From positions 11,566,948-11,630,947 of the forward strand of contig NC_092673.1 in the NCBI RefSeq assembly GCF_964355755.1: a stretch of 64,000 bases of DNA. Direction: 5' to 3'. Below, one piece after another: positions 1-12,718 of this stretch. Positions within the stretch are counted from its first letter, which is position 1; every line of letters begins with the position of its first letter. The stretch comes from Antedon mediterranea (lineage: Eukaryota; Animalia; Echinodermata). The notes beneath the pieces were generated by a model. That model had not been told where the DNA came from and ran no database searches. It worked only from the letters and a program-made list of their open reading frames with translations. The position numbers and the translations under genes are program-made.

Positions 1-1488
1 TCAAAATAATGATTAAAACCATATAATTAAAAACAGACAAAAAAATGTAATTCATAAAAATAGGGGAATAATTGAAATAAATGTGATTACTGCAGACGTG
101 ATGTAGAGTTCGTAATTTCTAAAAACTATAGAGCGCCACCAACGGAATCAATTGCAAGTATGATACAAACAAACAGGACAAACTTGGTTAAGAGAAAAAA
201 AATATAACTTTAATCCTGATTATCTTGCTCTTAACATGCATACAATATCGCTGTCACTTCGTTTCGAGAGGGATTCACTAAATATGAGAAAACAATAATT
301 AAACATCAATCAATGAACATTTGGGCAGCACCCGTGCTTTAGCAACATCAACTAATTAACAATTCTAAGTCCTTTATCAATACAATATACACTAAGTATA
401 GCAATTTCCTTATACAGTATTATTATTCAAACAACATACAATAATCAAATGGACCCGTCTCAACTAGGCCCTAATCTCTGCACTAGCGAAACACAGTACT
501 GTAAGCAACAGTAACACGCCGTCATAGGCTAGGCTTTAATTTAGGACTATAATAGCTAGGCTTACAAAATTTAACTAATAACATTAACATTCAATAACAA
601 GATAATATAATTATAACTCCAAAGCTCACCGAAGTTTTGTGGCTCAATAGAAAACCTTTACGAATCTACAATTTCTAAATAATATCTTTAACAAACTTGA
701 AACTAAAGGGCAAGGCACAACCACGCTGCATACATGAAGGCCGCCATGATATTTCTCCAAGACAACCAGCCTAGCACCCTCACTAGCTCAGTTCAATGGG
801 AACGCTATACGTAAGTTTGCGCGTCAGGCAGTTGGTCAGATTTTAAAAATTACTTGGGTTCGAATATCTAACAACTAGCCATCAGCACAAGCTAGTTCGG
901 TTCAAATTTATGTTTGCAAGCGTTCTCAATGAACTTATTATAAAGTACAAGTTACGTGAGAGTAGGGCAAAACATAAAAAACAAAATACAAACTTATTCG
1001 AACACAACTACACAATTATAATGTCAAATATCTTGGAGTATGAACATATTTGGACACCGCATATAAAAGACTATTCGTTCTATAGTGTCAAAGGTTAATG
1101 TAACTATAGGACGAATAGTCTTTTTTCCAGCTGCTAAAAGGTAGTTCTAGTCATCCCATTATGCATGTCAAGTTTTTTATATATATATTATATATTTTTC
1201 CTCGGAAGTGCATTCGTTTTTGTAACATTAAACTGGAGTTTTACGTACATTCATAACTTTAAATAGTTTGATTTTTAATTCTGAGGAAAGATTATTAGGT
1301 TTAGAAATATTCTGGTGTTACAATTTGCACTATGTGTTTATTTTGAAATAAATAATATCACTATCAGTATCAGCATTTTAATAATATTATTAACTCGTCA
1401 GAACGTGCTGCCAAATTAAGTGACCTAGCCTTGTGCATTACAGACCACGCGAACATAATTTGGCAATTTCACTTCATTTGGCGTTACA

Positions 1489-2248
1489 GGGCCTGTTTCT
1501 ATTGAAAAATTTAAAAAAATAATTTTTGGGGTTTTTTTGAAAACCGGTTTTGGCAGTTGTTTATAAATAAAGATCGCGTTGCATCTCAATTTTCACTTCA
1601 ATAAAACCGGTTCTGTCCATATGCGTTCGTTTGAATGACGTCATTATATACCACAATGCAGTTCGTTAGGCGGAAACGCGATTCGATCGAGGTCATGTTT
1701 ACTTTTTTTCGCATTGCGCGATCCCCAAGAATTGCATCCATTTCGTCATAGGGGCAGGTAATCATGTCATTATTGCCTGAAATGCTATTGTGGTCCTTGG
1801 TTAAAGTATAGGTACGTTGCACCAATATTGTCAAGTTGAACTTGTCTAGCTTTCACACGCTTTACAAATTTCTTATAAACATGTGAGTCTTTCTTCCCCC
1901 CACATATTAATTACAAACCTTTTAATGGCATCAGTTCATATTTTTTAGTAAAATAATCACTATCTAGAGAAATAAAAATGACTAGGCTATTTGCTATCGC
2001 GTGGGTTTTGACTGCGAGTTGACCGCAATCGTCCCGGTGCAGCAGAGTTCAGTATTTAGGGTCAAATTGAGACCGTGATTATGTTGCAGCTAAAAATTGC
2101 TCTACAGAAACCGGTTTTAGAACGTTTTTTTTGCGATTGAGACCGGCATTAATTGGGGTTTTGAAATCGTTTTTAAGATCGGTTCTTTTTTGTGAAGAAC
2201 CATTTCTGCTGGTAAGAAAAAACCGTTCTGCTCAACAGAACTAGGCCC
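1489..2248. mobile_element. Degenerate MITE
   Basis: Imperfect TIRs gggcctgtttctattga / tcaacagaactaggccc; both flanks contain gttaca (partial TSD); repeated aaaccggttt subterminal motifs. Confidence 0.45.
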
Positions 2249-2288
2249 ATAGTTACAAACTTGTTTTCCTTTGTAACTATATTATTAG

Positions 2289-2527
2289 GATGGAATCATT
2301 CTTGGAGCTGACACAAGGGCAACAGAAGACACTGTTGTTGCAGACAAGAACTGTTCCAAAATTCATTACATTGCACCAAACATATACTGCTGTGGTGCTG
2401 GTACAGCTGCAGACACAGAAGAAACGACTAAGATGATATCCTCCAAATTGGAGCTGCATAGATTGGCAAGTGGTAGGGAAGGTAGAGTGGTTACTGCCAA
2501 TAGAATGCTAAAACAGTATCTTTTCAG
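2289..2527 (+). CDS. PSMB7: Proteasome subunit beta type-7 (beta2), internal coding exon (first one in window)
   Basis: AG at 2287-88 and GT at 2528-29. Translates [80 protein letters not shown], the beta2 signature. Not in the ORF track. Confidence 0.97.
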
Positions 2528-3452
2528 GTAAACATTTTCTTTTATACTTAGTATCATACCGACCAAGTATAATCTCATGCTTGAGTATAAATTTGCATCC
2601 ATGTCTTTGGTAGATTCTATTCTATTAAGTTAATCCACTTAACCTAAATATCACAGAGTATAAATAGATGACAAATTTCCATCTTTCACCAAATAAAATG
2701 ATTTGTTCCATTGCATTCCATTTTTAAAAGATTTATTGATGATGTCAGAATTTAATATGAAAGATAAGATTATTGTGTATAATGTCATAAACCACCCTTG
2801 TTACATAATAATAAAGACATAAGTAAGAGATTTCATTATAAATCATGTGTATAATCTATACACTAAGAAATAAAATTGAACAATATATAAATATATATAC
2901 TGTATAGAAAAATATTCTTATTTCGATCTCGGTACCTTGAATGCTATAGACACACGCACAGACCACCGAGCCATACACAACTGACTACAATTTGAAAAAA
3001 GATTTTTCCATGTATTACTATGCAGTAACCACTTTTGTGCAGATAGATTTGAATATATCAGCCCCAATTTTAAGAAAAAAGGTCGGCAAAAAATTGATGA
3101 CCTTTCAGCAGTTCTAAAAATATAAATTTCACCAAGGCCTAACCTCTTGCTAACCTAAGCCTAGCCTCCCTAGCTATATGTTATGCAAAAATAAAATTAA
3201 TGAAAATATAAAAACCTAACACTAAAATTTACAAAACAAAACCGGAAAAAGTCCTCTAAATCGATGCAAGCGGCAGGTCATTCTCAAAGTTGGCAACACA
3301 TTTTTTTAGGGTAATTTGAGTATGGCTCTTGGCAAAAATATTATTTGTTTTTTTAAAATGGCCGACTTGCACTTGTATTTCAGTGACCTGACCTCATGTT
3401 ATGCCCAGAAATCTACTTTCTGACCTTTGACAGTACATACTGCAACAATAAA

Positions 3453-3604
3453 GCTCTATCTACACTATCAAACTTTATGCGACAAAAAAATGTGCCCATA
3501 TGGACATGATGATGTCATATCACTACCATATTTGGGTATATCACTACCATATTTGGGCACATCACATTTTTTGTGTCAAACTAGTTTGATAGTGTAGGCA
3601 GAGC
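3453..3604. mobile_element. Short MITE (~150 bp)
   Basis: TIR gctctatctacactatcaaact / agtttgatagtgtaggcagagc; a partial second copy lies at ~47100-47190. Confidence 0.7.
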
Positions 3605-3715
3605 CTAAGATCCATTGATCTCTGCTAAAGCGGGGAAGAATATAATTTTTCCCTTGCCAACTTAAAGTCTTGGGGCTGTTATTATTGTATGCGGGCCCTT
3701 TCACAGTAAATCAAC

Positions 3716-4465
3716 GGGTGTCTAGAAAACTCAGATCTCAGATATATCTGAGTTTTCTAGATCTAGAAAACTCAGATATCTGACTTTTCTAGATCTAGAA
3801 AACTCAGATATCTTACTTTTCTAGATCTAGAAAACTCAGATATCAATATCTGAGTTTTCTAGTTCCAAAATGGAACTAGAAAACCCAGATCAAATGGATC
3901 GTTCCATTATTATCAGGGGGTAGCTTGTTTGAAATACTACAGTATTATACGTTTTCTTACTAATAATATTATTGTAACTTGTAGTAGCGGCCTATGTTAA
4001 ATCATAAATAAATACAGTATACACCTTTTAGAATGTAGGCTTAGCATTTAGGCCGAGCCTAGCTAAGCAAATTTTACGGCTCAACGTGTGGGCGCTTTCG
4101 CGATGTATCGCGAAGAGTAGGCCTGGCCCGGGTACTAGGCTAGAAGTGGTCAACTCGTACCCACACCAACTCGTACATACTTAATTTTTAAGCCTACATT
4201 TTAACGGTAACTAGTAGTAAGAAAATGTACACAGTAACCAGTTTCAATAATAATAAATAATACTCTAGTAGGCCTATTTCAAATGACCTACCTTCTGATT
4301 AATAATGGAATGATCCAAATGACCTACCAACCAATCAAATGATGATTTTTTTTTTTGGATGAGTTTTCTAGTTCCATTTTGGAACTAGAAAACCCAGATA
4401 TTGATATCTGAGTTTTCTAGATCTAGAAAACTCAGATATCTGAGATCTGAGTTTTCTAGACACCC
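3716..4465. mobile_element. Mutator/foldback-type MITE
   Basis: GGGTGTCTAGAAAACTCAGATCTCAGATAT TIRs built from palindromic modules; perfect 9-bp TSD taaatcaac (3707-3715 and 4466-4474). Confidence 0.9.
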
Positions 4466-4991
4466 TAAATCAACACATAAAGGTGTATTGTTTATTCATT
4501 CAATAAAACGAAAATTTACATTTGTAGCCAAAGGCTAAATTGTGTAAAATTTTACAAAATATTGCACATATAAAAAAGTTATCACATTAAAAGACATATC
4601 TTATATTAAAATGGCATTAGATAAAATACATAATAATAGGTTTTTCCACAAATAGGTTTTTTCTTCTAGTAGCGAGGGTTTCTAAATTACATACACCGAG
4701 AGCATTTTCTTATAAATAATAGCTTATATAATTTATACCAAGAATTATTCTAAGTACCCTCCTTTGTATTGCTTCCAATTGATCAATCTGTTTGTTCGTT
4801 ATGCCAGCATTCCAAACAGCAACAGCATTTTTTGATTGTATAATATAATACATTTGCATTCCAATCAAGTACCCTACGATCGTTTTGCTGTTTGCTAGTG
4901 CTATGAAGTGTCATTTCCGGCCAAGTACTGATAATTATAGAGTATATAGTTATAATATTACATTTTTTTCATTTCTTAAATAACTTTGTAG

Positions 4992-5166
4992 ATACCAAGG
5001 GTATATAGGTGCAGCATTGGTTTTAGGCGGTGTTGATATTGATGGACCACATCTATATAGTATTTATCCACATGGTTCAACTAATAAATTACCATTTGTT
5101 ACTATGGGATCAGGATCATTAGCTGCTATGTCCGTATTTGAAGATCGATATCAGGTTGATATGGAG
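4992..5166 (+). CDS. PSMB7: PSMB7 coding exon
   Basis: AG/GT boundaries, phase 2 in and phase 0 out; [58 protein letters not shown]. Confidence 0.97.
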
Positions 5167-5285
5167 GTTAGTTACATTAATGATTGCTCATTCAGATACC
5201 TTGATTTGACAGAAATAATATATACCCTATGATCATACAAGATCAATTGAAGGGTTGTTGAGCTATGAAATGTGCAAAAGTCACG

Positions 5286-5500
5286 TTTGTGCAAACAACC
5301 ACATTTGTGCAAACATGTTGCCCTCAAATGTGCAAACAACCACATTTGTGCAAACATGGCACCCTCAAATGTGCAAACAACCACATTTGTGCAAACATGT
5401 TGCCCTCAAATGTGCAAACAACCACATTTGTGCAAACATGGCACCCTCAAATGTGCAAACAACCACATTTGTGCAAACATGGCACCCTCAAATGTGCAAA
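5286..5500. repeat. 41-bp minisatellite, ~5 copies, in MITE arm
   Basis: Unit aaatgtgcaaacaaccacatttgtgcaaacatg(gca/ttg)ccctc. Confidence 0.95.
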
Positions 5501-5504
5501 TCTG

Positions 5505-8500
5505 CGCATTTATTTTTTGCATTGATAACTTGATTCTTCCTATGATGCTTAATTATACCTTTTTTTGTTATTAATTTTTCCCCCTTTTTTGAGAGACACC
5601 TACACCGGATGGTTGATTGTTTCCTTCACCTCACCACTCGCACTGACAATCCATAATGGAATGTTCTTTGTGTAACACGTGTGTAGAGGATGCATACCAA
5701 ATGTATCGCGAGTGACAATATTGCTCATCTTTCTTGTTCTATCATTAAAAACTGTTATAATTGTATTGATACTTTATTTCCCTTATAACAACATAATTGG
5801 TGATTCTAAATTCATTCACAAGCTCAATTCTTTATCCTTAGATCACAAAGTCGATTTCAATAAATTAATTTCCTTGAAACTCAAGCCACTTGATGTTTCA
5901 GTTGGTATCACTTGTGACGAGGATGGCTCGCTTATTAATAACAATGTTCAGTCTAATTACGAACTTATTGACAGTTTTAACTCCAAATTTACTAAATCTG
6001 ATTTCTCTTTTAGCTTATATCACCATAATGTAAGAAGCTTATCCAAACACTTTTCTGAAGTTACTGATTTTATTTCCACATTGAACCATAACTTCTTTGC
6101 CCTTTGCTTTACCGAAACCTTTTTTAATATTGAAAAAACAAATTTGGCTTTGTATAACATTCCCGGCTATACCCTACTCCATTCTTCTAGAATATCCCAG
6201 ACTGGTGGAGGTGTCACCATATACCTTGATCATACACTTCAATACATTAATCGATCTCATTTGAGCTCACTTATATCAATTAACTCTGAATCAATTTTTA
6301 TTGAAATCAAAGCGGAACCCAAAAATATTATCCTTGGTGTTGTGTATCATCTAAATGGAACAATCACTCTTCTGTTAATCAGCAAATTTCCCATTTACTA
6401 CAGATCAACAATGAAAATAACATTCCTTTTATCCCTTAATTAATAGATCCACCCAAGTTACAACCAAAACTGCTAACATTAATTGACAACATGTTTTGTA
6501 ATAATATTATTGATTTAACTTCTCCTGGAATTATGTACTCGGATACTCATAAAACACCCCACTCTAACCCTTCCTATGATAATACTAAATTTGTTTATTT
6601 AAACCAAATTAACAAATCCTCAATATCTGCATTAAATGCTGACCTCGTAAACACTGACTGGTCTGACCAGTGACCTTGCTTACAAAAACTTACAAAATTA
6701 TACAACACCCATATTAAAACTATTCGGCATAGCGCAATATATGTAGGGAAAGAAAACCTTGGATTACCAATGCCATGATAAAATCTATAGATAGTCGAAA
6801 CAAACTATACAAAAAATATTTAAAATCCGGTAAGCACAAAGATCGGGAAAAATATTAAAGTTATTCACTTTAAGTCGAAAATTCGAGCCAAAAACAAGTT
6901 TACGTAATTAACAGGTAAATTAATTTGATTACAGTACATTTCGTCTGGAAAATCGTCACGAGCGAAAGTAAACAAAGATTTCAAACCATTAGTATGCATT
7001 ATGCATGATGCTAATTAGGATTGTTTACAACTCGTCGCGGTTGAGAAGGTGATTTCACACAGATCGCAAAAAAGTTTTATGATTATGCATACAGAGTAGC
7101 CAAACAGGCACATTGCTTTATGAGATATGTTTTGATCGAAAACTTTGACTGGAAGTTATTTTTGGGGGAAAAAACGGTTAATTTCTGTTAAATTATTTTT
7201 TTTTTCGACTAATTTTTGGTGAAAGTTAATAACTATTATGATACTTCAAAATGACCCACTTTTTTTTCGACATATTACAAATTTTTTTAGTCAAAGGGAC
7301 AATACATCTTTAAAGGATAACAAGAGCTGTGGGTTTGACAAACTATAATAAAGTTATAAAAGGTGTGGGTCACTCAATTTCTAAACCTCCTTGTCATATC
7401 TTCAATATACAATATCTTTTATTATCAAGTACAATATACCTTGCCCTACTCGTATTAGGAATTATAACGCCGTAATTAGGGCGTTATAACGCCATAAATA
7501 CGGCGTAGAGCGTGCATGGAGCGCACAACCAAAGCCGTTAAATTAAATGGATTAAAGCTATTTTGTTTGTTTCAAATCATCAAAATAATATTATTATTTT
7601 AACAAAAAACTTTAAACAAAATGATTCAATCCATTTAAAGTCACAACTTGTATGGCTTTGGTTTTGGCTTGTATTATGTTGCTTTGTTAATTAACCAATT
7701 AGTATTTCCTGTCACCATTTGGTGTTTGTTATTTTTGTAAAATTCAATCACTTGATCTTGAAAATGGTTCCATGCGGTTCCGAAATGTCGATCTTCTTGT
7801 TTTTTGTCATTAAATTTTATTGTAAAATTATCACAAGTGTTTATATAATTATTATGTTATGTATTTTTAATATGTGTGACCCGATCTGGCAAAACCCTCT
7901 CTTTGTCGGCAATTCAAAATTCACGTAATCAGTCAAAATACGTCAAAATCGACTACCCTGGCAGATTACATGTTTTTGCATTTTCGAAATATTTCACTAT
8001 TTAAGAATACGTCTACCTGATTTAAACTCCCGAAATTTAACTAAAATTATGAAAAAAGAGAGTTTTAAAAACATGTATTTTCCTCAAGCCTAACAATTTA
8101 TTCACGATCTACGCTAAAATTTTGCGTAAATTCAGTTGAAAGTTGCCGAGTTTTACGACATTTTGATCGCCAGTTCGCTGCACAATGTTGAAAGGTCACA
8201 CATCAAAATAAAGCTCATCCATTTGACATTCCAAATATGGAAGTTTTAGGGTGGAGTTAAAGAAGGAACCAATGAAAACTTTGATTTACTATGACATAAT
8301 TTCAGAAAATTCGGTTCTTCGAAGTTTCTGGAACAGCGAACTGCGTGTGTTGCTATGGCGCATCATCGCAATAACAAACGTTATTGGTCAACGCGCTAGA
8401 TGTTATACGCTCTACGCGCGGAAATAAAAAGTTTTTGACATTTTTGTAAGGTTATTTTTATTTTACACACAGCATGTCGTAAATTGGAATAAAAACGATT

Positions 8501-9544
8501 TTAATTCAAAGTAAAGTGTTCTGCAATAGCTGTAGTGTGTATTTGTTTATTTCATAGTAAAATAGACAAGTCAAAAACAATTCACGTCATAAATTCAATT
8601 GTATTTTCTATACTTTTTTGGGGTAGGCCCTAGGCCTAATTTTATTAAATATTATGGTTGTAGGCCTACTACTACTGGGCTTAGCTTTATATTATTGTCA
8701 ATAGTTTTATTTATACATTTTATATATCCAATCGGCTCTTAATTATTTAATTTATTGTCCAGTTGTTTTTTTAAATCATTGGATTCAAGCCCAAACATCA
8801 CAGCGAATCTTCCACGTTATAAACAAAAACAAATGTAAACGTCAATACAATGTAATGTTGGCTTGCAATTAGCTGTGACACTGCAAGGCGGCCAACTTGT
8901 CTAGGCTAACGCTAGCCCCCGTGTTGTTGATGCACCGCTGCAATACACGGCCTGATGAACACCCATCTTTCAGGCGATGACGGCGAAAATCTGAATAGGC
9001 GCGCCTAGGCCAAGCTTGGTCTGCTTGGTTTTTTGTTGTTGATATCGTAAACACTTCCGAAACCAGTTAACATTAGCTTGGTAGATATAATGCTGCTTTT
9101 CAATAGTGCAAAATAGTTAATTCGAGTGACTAAATAGGTTAAAACGGCGTCTGAAATCAGTCAAATTGACCATAGTGTCCACGCTGCTGCTATATCGCAT
9201 ACACTTCCTGGTATGACGTCATTTTGGCTTAGACCAAAGTACCGCGTTGCTACGGAGTGAGTTTTCAGCGCGTATCAAAAAGAATTTCATTATTGCAAAC
9301 TTCAAACGCGATTTTCTCGTAAACTAATTGAATGATTTGTAAGTTTTTAAAATATAATAACTTTTTAAATATTTACTCAATTTTTATGAAATAAACACCA
9401 TTGCAAAGCTTATGATTCAAATAATCCAAATGTATAAAAAAATAAAAAATGAATATTTCCGACAAAAGTAGGGTTTTGCCAGATCGGGTCACATATGTGT
9501 GGGAAACATTGAATATTTATCTATTGAATATTGAATAATCAAAT
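5505..9544 (+). mobile_element. Decayed CR1/L2-group LINE (APE endonuclease relic at 5679-6443) with nested insertions
   Basis: APE motifs HHNVRSL, LCFTETF, GGGVTIYL, ESIFIEI, IILGVVY; frameshifts; (aaatc)n tail; caaatctg duplicated at 5497-5504 and 9545-9552. Confidence 0.8.
7875..9493. mobile_element. Non-autonomous DNA transposon, TGT...ACA termini, 4-bp TSD (Ginger-like by inference)
   Basis: ~35-bp TIR tgtgacccgatctggcaaaaccct..ctttgtcgg; TSD tatg at 7871-74 and 9494-97. Confidence 0.8.
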
Positions 9545-10858
9545 CAAATCTGTAAAAATGTATAATCCACTAATGTGCAAACATTATGCCGTTAAATGTA
9601 AAAACGATTAGCTTTGACATTGAATGTGCAAATGAAATTCTACAAATGTGCAAATCATTTTTTTCAACCTAAATTTGTAGTACAGGCTGAAATAATCTGT
9701 TTTGAAAACATTGTTAGAAAAAAAAACATTTTTGTTGAACAAAAATGATTTACACATTGTAGAATTTTATTTGCACATTTAACGTCAAAACTGATTTTTT
9801 TTTACATTTAACGGCGGGATGTTTGCACATTACTGGATTATACATTTTTACAGATTTGTACATTTGTGTGTGCCATGTTTGCACAAATGTGGTTGTTTGC
9901 ACAAATGTGATATATATAGTGTTCAACAAGGGTCTATAATGCCTAGCATAACATTGTTTTGATGACACAGTACCCTCCTTAAAGACACAAATTGAATGTC
10001 TATATTAAAACACATCTCATTGGATGAAAAATCATGTTCTCTGTCAATACCAAACAAAATGTTATTTTCATTTTACTTTAAAGGCCAGGTGCGGGAAAAA
10101 CATTTCTATTGATCATACATTCCAGTAATTTTTTATCTATAGTTTCCCCTATGTTTCATAATTTTTGAGATTTTATTTGTGTTACACAAGCTTGTTGAAA
10201 ATAAGCACTTTCTTATCAGTTCAAAGTACACAGTAAAATCTCTATTCTTTTGTACACAAATTTTGTAAATAGAGAGGCATTTTAAAAATCTATGAAAAAT
10301 AAACAGTGTGGTAAAAAATGTTATCAGATGACTAAATATAGGTAATATAACTTGAATATTACATTTCTGATATTTTTATTCAACTTCAGATTTTTATGCT
10401 ATAGCAAACAATATCCACCATCTTTTTTCACCATCTAGGGAGTCACCAGACATGTTATTACATTAGGTTAACTACCTAACTACTGAAAAAAGGTCTTCCT
10501 GGTTTTTATGGAAGAATTTTGCAAAATTTTGTATTTGACCATATTAAGGGAAATTCATGTTTTTTCGTCTTGATTTCTGTTACAAATATTTGATTTATGT
10601 ACAATTAACCAAATATTATATTTAAAATTCATGCCTGTACCTGAGCTTTAAGGATTCAGATATTGTTATTTGAATAACGTTCTTGGTACCAGTGTAAAGC
10701 TACAATGTCTAATTCTTAAATAAAATAAATAAATTTGAGGGAGTCGTTTATTCCAAATGAGAGCGTTTATTTCGAATAAATATGGTAATTAAATAGGAAA
10801 TTTGCTTGTTTATTTTGTAATCATGTAAACCCTAAATAAGACTATTCAAAATATTTAG

Positions 10859-11010
10859 GAAGAGGATGCTAAAAAGCTGGTGAGGGATGCTATAGCAGCA
10901 GGTATCTTCAATGATCTTGGATCTGGAACCAACATTGATTTATGTGTCATCAAAAAGGATAAAGTAGATTATCTAAGACCATATGATGAGGCCAATATTA
11001 AAGGTGTCAG
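10859..11010 (+). CDS. PSMB7: PSMB7 coding exon
   Basis: TAG acceptor, GTATGT donor, 152 nt; [51 protein letters not shown]. Confidence 0.97.
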
Positions 11011-12251
11011 GTATGTTCAGACTTTCACAAAATTTTAATTCTCCTTAGTTGGACGCTTGTGCATTTAGAGATAATGCGATTTCCAACTACTCTCCTGTAC
11101 AATTAAGTAGGCCTCCGAATGGAAATCTGTCGCGTTTTTCGCAAATTGGCAACTCCAATCACCATTTGTAAAAACTTGAATGCTTAGCATAAGCATAGCA
11201 AATAATAATAATGACAGTTTCTGGTTGGTTATTCATTATCTATTTAGAATTTTCTCTATCACAGTTAAATTAACTAGGAGCTGTTGTAAAATTCATTAAA
11301 TTTGAACAATGTCAATTTATCTTTTAGTCTATTCTGGCTTAAGTCGTGTTAATAATAAATTTGTTAATATTTTGTCGCTGTCGCCTATATTACACAAATA
11401 CTTAGTGAATGTTTAGGAGTGCAATGGTACAAATAATTTGATTCGGTAACAGATGAAAGGTTATATTTTCATAAGAAAAAAGCAGAATGAAATAGAACAT
11501 TTCTTCTTTCACTGAATGAAATTATTTCTACCATTGCATGAATATAGGGCTATTATTTGTTTTACAACTCGCCTACTTTTAATGGGAGGATAAGCTAGGG
11601 CCTAAACCATTCGACATGGAGTAGAACAATTATGGACGGCGTTACACTAAAGCATTTTCAAACATGCAGTTAACGGCCTAACCTTGCGTCACAAGTTGTG
11701 GTTGCCCACTGTGTAACACAAGAATATTCTGAAATAAGATTTCAATAATATATAAAGTTTGTAAGAAAATAGAAAGTGATATCAATGCGCAAAATTTCGT
11801 CTGCTCCTAAAATACTCTCTTGTTATTGGCCAATGTATAGCCTTTGTTACCCAGACGTGTGAAACTCGACTAAAACCTTGACTTCATTAAGTCGAAATGC
11901 AAACTTGGATTACTTCTTTTATGAATCGAATTTGAAGTAACTAGGACTTTTTCAAGTCGAACTTCGGTTTAAGAATATGAGCGTAGGTCGTCTTAGGCCA
12001 ACATTTTTTAGGCAAGTCAGACTTTCAGATCTGATTAAAAAATGAAGCATGACAGAAGGTCAAATTGGTGAGGAGAATATGCTAAGGACAAACACAATCC
12101 TGCGCTTTACTCGGAGAATATGAATAGCTGCTATGTAGTAAATAGTCCGTGGTCTTTTTTTTTTTAAAGCATTACAAATTTGTATCTTATAATATGTACA
12201 TTTTATTCTTTAAACCTACTTACCATGACGACCTTGCTTTTTTATTCTCAG

Positions 12252-12360
12252 ACAAGGAAACTATCGTTATAAACGGGGAACAACAAGAGTCATTGCAAAA
12301 ACTGTACAGGAATTTAACATGGAAGTTACTGAGTCTGTTGAAGCTATGGAAACATCATGA
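12252..12360 (+). CDS. PSMB7: PSMB7 terminal coding exon
   Basis: Pyrimidine tract + CAG, phase matches previous exon; QGNYRYKRGTTRVIAKTVQEFNMEVTESVEAMETS-TGA, like the beta2 C-terminal tail. Confidence 0.95.
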
Positions 12361-12712
12361 TTTTTATTCATAAAAAGTCTGCCCTTTTTAACTAATGGAG
12401 CCTGTTGTTCAAGCAGTAAAACCTACCTTCAAATTTAGTTTCATATGCCAGCAAAATGATTATTTTTACAAAACATTTCATTCTTATTTTCATTGTGAAC
12501 TCCAATATGAGATAAGGCATAAACTTCAGATTTTCTGTCAACTTACGTAAGCTGAATTTATTCCAAATACAATAGATTTTCTCAAGTCTCAAGTTAGAAT
12601 TTGAATAAATAGAAATAGAATTTCTTTACTGACCAACAATGAGGAAATGAAGTGTACCGTTTATGATTATAATATGAAAGACAACATATTGTACTAATAA
12701 TACATTAAAATG

Positions 12713-12718
12713 AATAAA
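12713..12718 (+). terminator. Candidate poly(A) signal of PSMB7
   Basis: AATAAA about 350 nt after the stop, followed by GT-rich tgttgttcttt near 12741; an alternative AATAAA lies at 12604. Confidence 0.5.

Larger units (their letters stand above)
5252..9932. mobile_element. MITE split by a LINE insertion (own sequence ~5252-5504 and ~9545-9932)
   Basis: The 41-bp motif at 5286-5500 recurs inverted at ~9860-9910; 9546-9668 is the inverted repeat of 9733-9858. Confidence 0.7.

Noticed and set aside
5255-5574. Repetitive Cys/His-rich ORFs, and a CRISPR-like look to the array
   Set aside because: Translations of the 41-bp minisatellite, open in all three frames; no unique spacers and no cas genes.
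8952-8992. CTGATGA...GAAA candidate hammerhead
   Set aside because: No stem II closing between the boxes and no stem III/NUH.
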